A DNA stretch of 64,000 nucleotides from Candidatus Daviesbacteria bacterium (GTDB lineage Bacteria; Patescibacteriota; Microgenomatia; Daviesbacterales; UBA10151): assembly GCA_016186955.1 (NCBI GenBank), contig JACPKP010000006.1:4055-68054 (forward strand), given 5' to 3'. The notes below the pieces were generated by a model that made no database searches, was not told the DNA's origin, and saw nothing but the letters and a program-made list of their open reading frames with translations. This document shows, piece by piece, positions 46,816 to 55,310 of this stretch (position 1 is its first letter; every line of letters starts with the position of its first letter). The position numbers and the translations under genes are program-made.

Positions 46816-47997
46816 ATGACAAATGACGAAAAGTATAAACTAATAACCAGGAATCTGGAAGAAGTTTTAACTGATAGAGAGCTAAAAGAGCTCATTGCTT
46901 CAGGAAAACCTTTAAAACACTACATCGGCCTTGAGATTTCAGGAAAAGCCCATGCAGGATGGGTTTTTATGATGCTTAAAATTAAAGACTTGCAGGATGC
47001 AGGCGTTGAAACAAATATTCTTTTGGCTGATTGGCATACCTGGCTTAATAAAAAACTTGACGGAACGTTAGAAACTGCCAAAAGGCTGGCAAGGGATTAT
47101 TTTGAAGAAGCGCTTAAAGCAACAGCACTTTGCGCCGGAGCAGATCCTGATAGAATAAACTTTGTTTTAGGAAGTGAACTTTATAAAAAATTGGGAAGTG
47201 ATTACTGGGCGAAAGTCATCAAAGTAGCCAAAGCCACTACAGTTGCCAGGATGATGCGCTCCACAACAATAATGGGGCGCAAAGAATCTGAAGTTTCAGA
47301 CACTGCCATGTTATTTTACCCGGCGATGCAATCTGCTGATATTTTTGCACTTGGGGTAAATATAGCCCACTCAGGAACTGATCAAAGAAACGTTCATGTT
47401 GTAGCCAGGGAAGCAGCTGGGGAGTTGGGGGAAGAAAAACCAATTGCCATCCATCACCACTTATTACTTGGCTTAGCACGTCCCACTGGTATATACACAC
47501 AGCAGGAGATAAAACAAGCACAACAAATTTCACAAGAACTTCCTGACAATTTCGATCAGGTAATAAAAAATGCCCAAGATTTATCAGGTAAACCTAGTTT
47601 AGATGCAATAAAATTGGCCTTGAAAATGAGTAAATCTGTTCCTGACAGCGCAGTTTTTATTCATGATTCCCCTGAAGAGATCAAAAGAAAGGTGATGAAT
47701 GCTTTTTGCCCAGAGGGAAAGGTAACATTCAACCCGATTCTGGACTGGGTAAAATGGCTGATATTCTACAACCCCACAACCTTTACAGTAAAACGCGACC
47801 CTAAGTATGGATCGAATTTGACATATACGTCTTATTTTGATTTAGAAAAGGATTATGTTTCTAAAAATTTGCACCCCCAGGATTTAAAAACTGCAGTTGC
47901 GGATTGGTTAATCGAAAAACTGGAACCTGCCCGCAAATACTTTGAAGGCCCAAAAAGAAAAACTGCACTGGAGGAGATTGATAGATTAACAAATTAA
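46816..47997 (+). CDS. tyrS: tyrosyl-tRNA synthetase, archaeal/eukaryotic-like class Ic form (393 aa)
   Basis: The HIGH-region variant YIGLEISGKAHAGW plus DLQDAGVETNILLADWHTWLNKK matches the archaeal-type TyrRS pattern. KMSKS is present. TrpRS cannot be fully excluded. Confidence 0.65.
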   Translation: MTNDEKYKLITRNLEEVLTDRELKELIASGKPLKHYIGLEISGKAHAGWVFMMLKIKDLQDAGVETNILLADWHTWLNKKLDGTLETAKRLARDYFEEALKATALCAGADPDRINFVLGSELYKKLGSDYWAKVIKVAKATTVARMMRSTTIMGRKESEVSDTAMLFYPAMQSADIFALGVNIAHSGTDQRNVHVVAREAAGELGEEKPIAIHHHLLLGLARPTGIYTQQEIKQAQQISQELPDNFDQVIKNAQDLSGKPSLDAIKLALKMSKSVPDSAVFIHDSPEEIKRKVMNAFCPEGKVTFNPILDWVKWLIFYNPTTFTVKRDPKYGSNLTYTSYFDLEKDYVSKNLHPQDLKTAVADWLIEKLEPARKYFEGPKRKTALEEIDRLTN

Positions 47998-48314
47998 CTT
48001 TTACGTAAAAGGCCCTGACTTAAACCTAACCACAACCCTAATAAACCTACGAGACCTATTATGGTCTGCGGCCCTTCTTTGAGTAATAATTGAGTTACAT
48101 AATCCATATCATGGCCTTGCGCTAATGATGCCTGAGTCATCCACAAAGTTGACCCGACAACTCCAATCAAAAAACCTGTTGCGCCCCATTTTAATGCATT
48201 CTTCCACGACCATCTCAAACCCCCTCTTTCAGAAGGCGCTTGAACAATATTTTGTGGTATTGGTTCTTGTTCCTGATAACTCATGATAAGAAGTTTATCA
48301 CAACTTATCAACAA
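47994..48314 (-). CDS. small membrane protein (106 aa)
   Basis: Two hydrophobic helices (GFLIGVVGSTLWM, TIIGLVGLLGLWLGL). Confidence 0.4.
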   Translation of the reverse strand: MLISCDKLLIMSYQEQEPIPQNIVQAPSERGGLRWSWKNALKWGATGFLIGVVGSTLWMTQASLAQGHDMDYVTQLLLKEGPQTIIGLVGLLGLWLGLSQGLLRKS

Positions 48315-48472
48315 TTGTATTTGTCATCTCGACCGTAGTGAAGAGGCCCCTTTAATCAAGAGATTCCTCGACTACGCTCGGAGTACCAGTTGACTGGGAA
48401 GAACTGAACTCATACTTGTAATTAATAACTCATTTCCTGTTCCCTTAACATCTCCTTTTTTACATTACTGTC

Positions 48473-48501
48473 TTGACTCTAATTCTCTCGTGTATTAGAG
48501 T
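48473..48501 (+). promoter_or_regulatory. promoter ttgact-17-tagagt overlapped by a 26-nt palindrome (actctaattctctcgtgtattagagt); putative operator
   Basis: Read directly. A second copy of ctctcgtgtattagagt lies at 48986..49003. Confidence 0.5.
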
Positions 48502-48508
48502 TTTAAGA

Positions 48509-48979
48509 ATGACAAAGATCTCAAGAATCCCTATAGAAGTAAGGCGGATGGGATATTTTATTTCAAATCTTTGGAATGCTTTCAGCCTTCTTGAAAGTAG
48601 GGAAGAAGCTGTGATTTTTTTGAAGGAACTACTAACTCCTACTGAAATAAGAATGATGGCAAAAAGAATCCAAATTGCTAAAATGTTGCTCGAAGGATAT
48701 AAATATGATGACATCAAAACCCATGTGAGGGTTACTAATAATACTATTTCGTCAGTAAACAGTAAGCTGCAGTTTGAGGATGGTGGAGGATATTTAAAAA
48801 TAGTAAAGCGATTAATTCAAATTGAGAGTAAAAGACAAGACAAATTGGAGGGTAAAAAAAGTATTTTTGATCCAGGTCCTTATGCTGGAAGAAAAACTAC
48901 TGAGTGGCTTTTAAATAAATCTGCTAAGAAATTACAAAACTATATCAAAAGAAAATCCGTTGAGAAACAAACTGATTAA
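48509..48979 (+). CDS. TrpR-like (YerC/YecD family) DNA-binding protein
   Basis: LLTPTEIRMMAKRIQIAKMLLEGYKYDDIKTHVRVTNNTISSVN matches the TrpR/YerC HTH pattern. Start trimmed to MTKISRIP. Confidence 0.55.
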   Translation: MTKISRIPIEVRRMGYFISNLWNAFSLLESREEAVIFLKELLTPTEIRMMAKRIQIAKMLLEGYKYDDIKTHVRVTNNTISSVNSKLQFEDGGGYLKIVKRLIQIESKRQDKLEGKKSIFDPGPYAGRKTTEWLLNKSAKKLQNYIKRKSVEKQTD

Positions 48980-49039
48980 CTCTGATACTCTCGTGTATTA
49001 GAGTATGTTTCGGAAAGATCTTTTCAAAAGTTGTTAACT

Positions 49040-49098
49040 TCGGAAAATTCAAAAAGAAAAGCTGCGCTGGAGGAAATGGAGAGATTAACTGCTAAGTA
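49040..49098 (+). repeat. diverged duplicate of the tyrS 3' end (about 80% identity to 47950..47997), encoding ...KRKAALEEMERLTAK*
   Basis: Direct comparison of the two segments, which differ at only a handful of positions. Confidence 0.6.
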
Positions 49099-49387
49099 AT
49101 TTAAAATCAACAAGATATCTGACAGGTATTTTTTCAATATATTTAATCCCGGGGTGAGGTAACAATTGTTGTAATATGGCATCCTGTAAATCAGATTCAA
49201 CTTTTAAAATATACCTGAGGCAGAGCATAGGATTCGGGTGCCCGGGAAGCTCATGTATCACTTCTAAAACACCCTGCATTGTTTTAATATCCAATATAGT
49301 AGCTTTATAATCTGTATTTTCTGCAAGCTCTGCAGACAATTCATCTGCTAAATAATCACTTAATACATTCTCTGCTTCCATAGACAA
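49085..49387 (-). CDS. hypothetical small protein (100 aa)
   Basis: Intact ORF. Confidence 0.3.
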   Translation of the reverse strand: MSMEAENVLSDYLADELSAELAENTDYKATILDIKTMQGVLEVIHELPGHPNPMLCLRYILKVESDLQDAILQQLLPHPGIKYIEKIPVRYLVDFKLLSS

Positions 49388-49773
49388 AATTTAGCATATT
49401 TCCTGTAAAAATTACAACTCTTTGATTTTTCCCGATCATTATATCTGTTTGCAGTTGATTTTAAAATGTAATCCTGGGTGGTATCCCTAAAGTTTTTTGT
49501 CTCACCCCATATTTTTTCACCCAAATACCCCAAACTGCCCCCACCGTAGGGGGATAAAAACAGTGGCCACCATCTTTCAAACATTGTTTGCTGCATCTTC
49601 AGATGAAGTGCAGCTATATTTGCTTCACCAACCACAATCATTCCTCCGGCAAAAATAATTCCTCCCACTCCTCCAACTATAGTCCAGGGGCTGGTTATAA
49701 AATTTTTAAGTTCTTGCTTTGGCAGGTTAATGACGTCTTCAACCTTCAATGGCTTGTATGCACGTTCAAACAT
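49360..49773 (-). CDS. hypothetical small membrane protein (137 aa)
   Basis: Intact ORF with the hydrophobic segment PWTIVGGVGGIIFAGGMIVV. Confidence 0.35.
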   Translation of the reverse strand: MFERAYKPLKVEDVINLPKQELKNFITSPWTIVGGVGGIIFAGGMIVVGEANIAALHLKMQQTMFERWWPLFLSPYGGGSLGYLGEKIWGETKNFRDTTQDYILKSTANRYNDREKSKSCNFYRKYAKFCLWKQRMY

Positions 49774-50190
49774 GTGCTCTATATAACATTATGCAGGATA
49801 ATATGCAAGAAGGATTACTCAGGTCTTGGTTGCCTAAAACTCAACAAAAACGCAGCTGTCAGTAAACTTCCAACTACAAATCCTGTCAGAAAGGGCTGTT
49901 TATCTGGAAAATAATCAATCGCATTATTAAGCTTTTTGATCTGTGCATGAGTCCTGATAATAGCCTCAGCTTGTTTGACAGCCCAAAAACCTTCTAACCC
50001 ATCTTTTTCCTGCATATGGTATTATTATCTTGAAAGAGCGGATTATTTGCAAGGACTAAAATGGATACATTTATCAGGAAATACCGCCTGCTTTATATAA
50101 TACTTACTGCAATTGGAACCATAGCAATCATTTTGTTTGCATTGGCGCCTCTCTTTTACTAGAATCCACCCGCTTTGGTATAATTCCTTC

Positions 50191-52317
50191 ATGAATCTGA
50201 ACTCCTCCTTATTATCTATACCCGGCATTGGCTCATATTTTTCCTGGAAGCTTAAAAAGTTAAATTTAAATACCCTGGAAGATTTAATTTATCACTTTCC
50301 TTTCCGCTATGATGATTTTTCGGCAATAAAACACACCCTGGAAGCACAAATTGGGGACAAAGTGACAATTATCGGGGAGGTCTGGTCAATTAAAAATATC
50401 TATACCAGATACGGTAAAGTTTTAACCCAGGCAATTTTCAATGACGGGACATCGCCGGTAACTTTAACCTGGTTTAACTCCGCCTGGCTTACCAAACAAA
50501 TTAAAGCAGGGGACAGGCTGCAAGTCTCCGGAAAAATCAGCAAATACAAAAACCGTTTCTCAATAATGATGCCTGTTTGGGAGAAGATTTCCGAAATCCG
50601 AAATAATACGCCCGCTTCGCGAACGAAATCCGAAATCCGAAATCCGTTGCATACCGGCAGGCTGGTCCCGGTTTATCCTGAAACTGAAGGGTTGTCTTCA
50701 AAATGGTTAAGGGCAAAGATATCTTTTTTCCTGCCAAAAATATTACCCCAGATAGAAGACCCGTTGCCCAACCGAATAAAAGAAAACATGCTTGATTTAA
50801 CTAAAGCGCTGGGACAGGTGCATTTCCCTTCTTCCTGGGGAGAAATTGAAAAAGCAAGGCAACGTTTAGGTTTTGATGAACTGTTTTATCTCCAATTGGC
50901 TACTTTAAAATCCCGCCATGACTGGGAGTTGAAACCCACAATTGAAAAATTTCAAATTTCAAATTTCAAATTCCAAATTGTCAATTTTTTGGACAATCTT
51001 CCTTTTAAATTAACTACCGCCCAACAAAAAGTTATTGATGAGATCATGGTGGATTTTGAAAAAACTACTCCCATGAACAGGCTGGTGCAGGGCGAGGTGG
51101 GATCCGGAAAAACAGTTGTGGCGGCGGCCGCTGCTTTCATTGCATACCTGAACGGTTTTAAAACCCTTTATATGGCGCCAACGGAAATTTTAGCTTTTCA
51201 GCATTACACAACCTTAAGCGATCTTTTTAAATCCTTTAGCGTAGGGGTGGGGATTTATACCGGGTCAAGAAAATTTACATCCTCGTCATTGCGAGCGAAG
51301 CGAAGCAATCTCAAAAAAAAGATTGCTTCTTCGCCTTCGGCTCCTCGCAATGACGTTCCTGATATCATAGTCGGAACCCATGCATTGCTTTCATCTAAAC
51401 TTCCTACTGAAAATGTGGGGCTTGTGATTGTTGATGAACAGCAACGCTTTGGTGTGGAACAGCGCTCGCTTTTGCGCTCAAAAGCCAAGGTGCCGCATTT
51501 TTTAACAATGACCGCAACCCCAATCCCCAGGACTGTTGCCCTAACTTTATACGGGGATTTGGATTTATCAATAATTGACAAACTTCCAAAGGGCAGAAAG
51601 AAGGTTAAAACATATGTAGTCCCCAACAAAAAACGCTCTGATGCTTATAAATTTATAGAAAAAAAGGTGCGGGCAGGCGGCCAGGTCTATATTATTACCC
51701 CTTTAATTGAGGAGTCAGAGACTATGCTGGCTGTAAAAGCGGTCAAGGTTGAATTTGAAAGGTTGAAAAAAGAGATCTTCCCGAAACTTAATTTAGGGCT
51801 TTTGCATGGCAGACTCAAATCAAAAGAAAAAGAGCAGGTTATCAGTGATTTTAAAGACGGTAAAATTAATATCCTGGTATCAACATCAGTAGTAGAGGTG
51901 GGGGTTGATGTTAAAAATGCCACTATTATGCTAATTGAAGGCGCGGAAAGATTTGGGCTGGCACAACTCCATCAGCTCCGGGGCAGGGTAGGAAGGGAAG
52001 AAAAACAGTCGTATTGCCTGCTCTTTCCGTCAACCGAAGAATCATCAATTAAATCCAGGTTGAAAAACCTGGAGCGGATTTTTGACGGGTTGAAACTTGC
52101 TGAGCTTGACCTGAAGATCAGGGGGTCAGGGGAGATTTTCGGCGCCAGGCAATCAGGCAGGTTTGAACTGAAAATCGCCAGCTTTCAAGACCTTAACCTG
52201 ATAGAAAAAACCAGGGCTGCAGCCAAACAAATTTTGGCAGAGGATTCAACACTTGCCAAGTACCCACAACTTGCGCTAAAATTAGAAACTATAACATCAG
52301 GCGCAATGCCTGATTGA
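50191..52317 (+). CDS. recG: ATP-dependent DNA helicase RecG
   Basis: Wedge/OB region, helicase motif I GEVGSGKT, DEQQRFGV, TATPIPRT and the motif VI region QLRGRVGR. Start chosen at MNLNSS. Contains three in-frame repeat insertions. Confidence 0.85.
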   Translation: MNLNSSLLSIPGIGSYFSWKLKKLNLNTLEDLIYHFPFRYDDFSAIKHTLEAQIGDKVTIIGEVWSIKNIYTRYGKVLTQAIFNDGTSPVTLTWFNSAWLTKQIKAGDRLQVSGKISKYKNRFSIMMPVWEKISEIRNNTPASRTKSEIRNPLHTGRLVPVYPETEGLSSKWLRAKISFFLPKILPQIEDPLPNRIKENMLDLTKALGQVHFPSSWGEIEKARQRLGFDELFYLQLATLKSRHDWELKPTIEKFQISNFKFQIVNFLDNLPFKLTTAQQKVIDEIMVDFEKTTPMNRLVQGEVGSGKTVVAAAAAFIAYLNGFKTLYMAPTEILAFQHYTTLSDLFKSFSVGVGIYTGSRKFTSSSLRAKRSNLKKKIASSPSAPRNDVPDIIVGTHALLSSKLPTENVGLVIVDEQQRFGVEQRSLLRSKAKVPHFLTMTATPIPRTVALTLYGDLDLSIIDKLPKGRKKVKTYVVPNKKRSDAYKFIEKKVRAGGQVYIITPLIEESETMLAVKAVKVEFERLKKEIFPKLNLGLLHGRLKSKEKEQVISDFKDGKINILVSTSVVEVGVDVKNATIMLIEGAERFGLAQLHQLRGRVGREEKQSYCLLFPSTEESSIKSRLKNLERIFDGLKLAELDLKIRGSGEIFGARQSGRFELKIASFQDLNLIEKTRAAAKQILAEDSTLAKYPQLALKLETITSGAMPD
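51283..51357 (+). repeat. 75-nt palindromic element inserted in frame in recG, encoding TSSSLRAKRSNLKKKIASSPSAPRNDV
   Basis: cgtcattgcgagcgaagcgaagcaatc-tcaaaaaaaaga-gattgcttcttcgccttcggctcctcgcaatgacg. The two arms are reverse complements. Confidence 0.65.
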
Positions 52318-52323
52318 TACTTT

Positions 52324-52527
52324 ATGCCGCAGGAACCAAAGAAAAAACATTCTAAAGCAAGAAAGCGCACAAGACGAGCCTCTATTATTTTGGAGGCTGT
52401 AGATTTGGTGGCCTGCAAAAACTGCAACCAAAAGACCCTGGCTCACATGGCCTGCAGAAACTGCGGCTTTTACGCCGGAAAAAATATATTGAATATTAAG
52501 AAAAAAGCTGTTGTAATGCGCGCCTAG
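52324..52527 (+). CDS. rpmF: 50S ribosomal protein L32
   Basis: The basic N-terminus and CxxC...CxxC pattern (CKNCNQ, CRNCG) are typical of L32. Confidence 0.8.
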   Translation: MPQEPKKKHSKARKRTRRASIILEAVDLVACKNCNQKTLAHMACRNCGFYAGKNILNIKKKAVVMRA

Positions 52528-52896
52528 ATGAAAACATCAAATGACCCAAGGCATCTGCAAAGAATAAAGGTCATGCAGGAACTTTTTGCCTGGAATTTTA
52601 AAAAAAATAGCGCTCCGGGGAGTGAAACGGGGAAAAAAATAGTCAGCAACCTAGCACAAATTGATTTATTAATCCAATCATCTGCACCCTCCTGGCCTCT
52701 GGATAAAATTAACAGGGTGGATTTGGCAATTTTGCGCCTGGCTGTTTATGAGCTTATGCTGGACAAAAAAAATCCGCTTAAGGTCATTATAGACGAAGCT
52801 GTGGAACTTGCCAAAGAGTTTGGAGGAGAATCTTCCCCCTCTTTTATCAATGGCGCTTTAGGTAAACTTATCACTGACAATCAAATCATGGTATAA
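52528..52896 (+). CDS. nusB: transcription antitermination factor NusB (short)
   Basis: RVDLAILRLAVYELML...VIIDEAVELAKEFGG...FINGALGKL matches NusB. Confidence 0.7.
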   Translation: MKTSNDPRHLQRIKVMQELFAWNFKKNSAPGSETGKKIVSNLAQIDLLIQSSAPSWPLDKINRVDLAILRLAVYELMLDKKNPLKVIIDEAVELAKEFGGESSPSFINGALGKLITDNQIMV

Positions 52897-52954
52897 TACC
52901 CCCTTGACTTACCTTAACAATATTGCGTAAGTTTAAGAAAGCATACCCGCCAAT

Positions 52955-53185
52955 ATGCAACAACAAGTTATTGAGGAAATTGCAAAACATTTAGGAATTA
53001 CCGCAGCTGACATAGATCCAAGCGCTTCTTTGGGTGAAGACTTGGGAATAGGTCCGGTTGAACTGACAGACCTGTTATCTGCAATCGCTGTTAAATTTAA
53101 AGTAAATTTTGAGCCTTCAGAACTGGAAGGGCTGAGAACAGTCAATGATATCGTGGTAATGGTTGAAGACCAAAGCTTGGAATAA
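52955..53185 (+). CDS. acyl-carrier-protein-like protein lacking the conserved phosphopantetheine-attachment Ser
   Basis: It has an ACP-like four-helix pattern (EIAKHLGI...DLGIGPVELTDLL). No DSL motif is present; the aligned position reads EDL/GIGP. Confidence 0.45.
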   Translation: MQQQVIEEIAKHLGITAADIDPSASLGEDLGIGPVELTDLLSAIAVKFKVNFEPSELEGLRTVNDIVVMVEDQSLE

Positions 53186-53850
53186 TGTTTAATGAGGACT
53201 TGCTTAAAAAGAAAATCTACCAGACCGCCTTCACCCACCGTTCTTTTTTAAACGAGAACAAGAAGGCAACTGAGTCTAACGAAAGGCTGGAATTTTTGGG
53301 GGACAGCGTACTGTCACTGATCATCTCCTCTTTCCTGTATAATTCACGCCCGCAAGATGCAGAGGGGGATTTAACAAACCTACGGTCATTTATAGTCAAA
53401 ACCCAATCGTTGGCAAAAGCTGCAAGGTCGTTGGACCTCGGAAAATTCCTGGGGTTATCAAAAGGCGAAGAGATGTCCGGAGGAAGGGAAAATACCCAGA
53501 TTCTCGCCAATACCTTTGAAGCCTTCTTGGGGGCTATTTATCTTGACCAAGGACTGGAGGCTGCAAGAAGGTTTATTGAAGATAACCTGCTGCCCTTTTT
53601 TACAGAAGAGCTTAAAAGCGGACCTCCCAAAGACGCTAAATCAATGCTTCAAGAGCTTACCCAAACAAAAACAAAGCAATCACCCAAATACAAAATTATC
53701 CAAACCTTTGGTCCTGACCATGCCAAAGAATTTAAAGTGGGGGCCTTTTTACAAAACCGCCAGATCGGGGAGGGTAGCGGACCGAGCAAGCAGGTGGCGG
53801 AGGAACAAGCTGCCAACAAAGCTTTGGATTTTTTCACCAAACAGGATTAG
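53185..53850 (+). CDS. rnc: ribonuclease III
   Basis: Signature ERLEFLGDSVL, with a C-terminal dsRBD (SGPSKQVAEEQAANKAL). Confidence 0.9.
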   Translation: MFNEDLLKKKIYQTAFTHRSFLNENKKATESNERLEFLGDSVLSLIISSFLYNSRPQDAEGDLTNLRSFIVKTQSLAKAARSLDLGKFLGLSKGEEMSGGRENTQILANTFEAFLGAIYLDQGLEAARRFIEDNLLPFFTEELKSGPPKDAKSMLQELTQTKTKQSPKYKIIQTFGPDHAKEFKVGAFLQNRQIGEGSGPSKQVAEEQAANKALDFFTKQD

Positions 53851-53907
53851 TGCTTGCTCTTCTCTCAATATCAGGCTATAATTTTAGGGTTAGAAATAGG
53901 ATATCAT

Positions 53908-54297
53908 ATGCTAAAGATTAGACTCATGCGAATAGGTGCGAAAAAACGACCATTTTACCGGGTGGTGGCTGTTGATGAGAGAAATAAACGGACAGGGGGT
54001 TATCTTGAACTACTGGGAACCTATAACCCAATTAGCAACCCTCATGAAATAAATTTAAAACAGGACCGGATTGATGAATGGTTCAAAAAAGGCGCCCAGC
54101 CATCAGACGGTTTTTTGCGGATAATTGGTAAAGCGCCCCAAAGGCTGCCAAGAAAACCAAAGAAAACAGCAGTCAACCTTCAGGTTCCAAAATCAACTGA
54201 GCAAAAACCTTTAGCTACCAATACACAGTCTGATGAGAACAACCCTGAAAAAGAGCAAGACCAGAAAATAGGTTTATCAGAACCATCTTTAGAATAA
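53908..54297 (+). CDS. rpsP: 30S ribosomal protein S16 with a C-terminal extension
   Basis: MLKIRLMRIGAKKRPFYRVVAVDERNKRTGGYLELLGTYNP matches S16. I used the internal ATG at 53908. Confidence 0.85.
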   Translation: MLKIRLMRIGAKKRPFYRVVAVDERNKRTGGYLELLGTYNPISNPHEINLKQDRIDEWFKKGAQPSDGFLRIIGKAPQRLPRKPKKTAVNLQVPKSTEQKPLATNTQSDENNPEKEQDQKIGLSEPSLE

Positions 54298-54593
54298 TGA
54301 AAGACCTTGTAGAATATATCGTTAAACAGATTGTCAACAACCCTGATGACGTATCAGTAGACGAGGAAAACAGTGAGGGCAGGGTCAATTTAACTCTTGG
54401 TGTAAATCCTGAAGATATGGGCATAGTAATCGGTAAAGGCGGACATACTATTAAAGCGATCCGCAAGCTTTTAATCATACGGGCTATGGCAGACAACAGT
54501 CTGGTAAATTTACAGCTTGCTGAACCTGCAGATAGCGGCAAGAATCCAACCGCCAAAGACAAACCCGGTCAAGGGCAGGAAGAACCGGCTTAA
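54297..54593 (+). CDS. KH-domain RNA-binding protein (YlqC-like)
   Basis: GIVIGKGGHTIKAIRKL is a KH GxxG loop. Conserved position after rpsP. Confidence 0.7.
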   Translation: MKDLVEYIVKQIVNNPDDVSVDEENSEGRVNLTLGVNPEDMGIVIGKGGHTIKAIRKLLIIRAMADNSLVNLQLAEPADSGKNPTAKDKPGQGQEEPA

Positions 54594-54621
54594 ACCCTGG
54601 ATGATGATACCCGGCCCAGCT

Positions 54622-55299
54622 ATGAAGATTTCCATCATAACTTTATTTCCGGAAATTTTTCTTCCTGTATTTAACTCTTCAATTTTAGGAAGGGCGCAAA
54701 AAAAGGGTAAGGTAGCGTTTGAAATGATCAATTTACGGGATTTTGGCCAGGGGAGACATAAAACAGTTGATGATAAACCATACGGCGGAGGGGTAGGCAT
54801 GGTACTGAAAGTTGACGTACTGGCTAAAGCTTTAAATTCAGCGGCAAGAGTCCAGAGTCCAGAGTCCAGGGTAATTTTGATGTCCGCCTCCGGTAAAACT
54901 TTTAACCAAACAAAGGCGAAGAGCCTTTCCAAGCGCAAACAATTAATTATTGTTTGCGGGCATTACGAGGGTGTAGACCAAAGGTTTATTGACAAATACA
55001 TTGACGAGGAGATATCGATAGGTGATTATATCTTAACCGGGGGAGAAATTCCCGCCATGGCTGTAATTGATTCCCTCACCAGACTTTTACCGGGTGTTTT
55101 AGAAAAACCAGAAGCTACTAAAAAAGAGAGTTTTGAAAATGGGTTGCTGGAACATCCCCAATATACCAGGCCGGAAACTTTCAAGGGCATGAAAGTACCC
55201 AAGGTGTTACTCTCGGGAAACCATGCAAAAATAGCAAACTGGCAGGATGAAAAATCCCGCCAAAAAACTAATAAAGTCCGTCCTGACCTCTTGGGGTAA
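54622..55299 (+). CDS. trmD: tRNA (guanine37-N1)-methyltransferase
   Basis: MKISIITLFPEIF ... IVCGHYEGVDQRFID ... GGEIPAMAVIDS are TrmD signatures. I used the ATG at 54622. Confidence 0.85.
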   Translation: MKISIITLFPEIFLPVFNSSILGRAQKKGKVAFEMINLRDFGQGRHKTVDDKPYGGGVGMVLKVDVLAKALNSAARVQSPESRVILMSASGKTFNQTKAKSLSKRKQLIIVCGHYEGVDQRFIDKYIDEEISIGDYILTGGEIPAMAVIDSLTRLLPGVLEKPEATKKESFENGLLEHPQYTRPETFKGMKVPKVLLSGNHAKIANWQDEKSRQKTNKVRPDLLG

Positions 55300-55310
55300 T
55301 TCTTTTTCAA

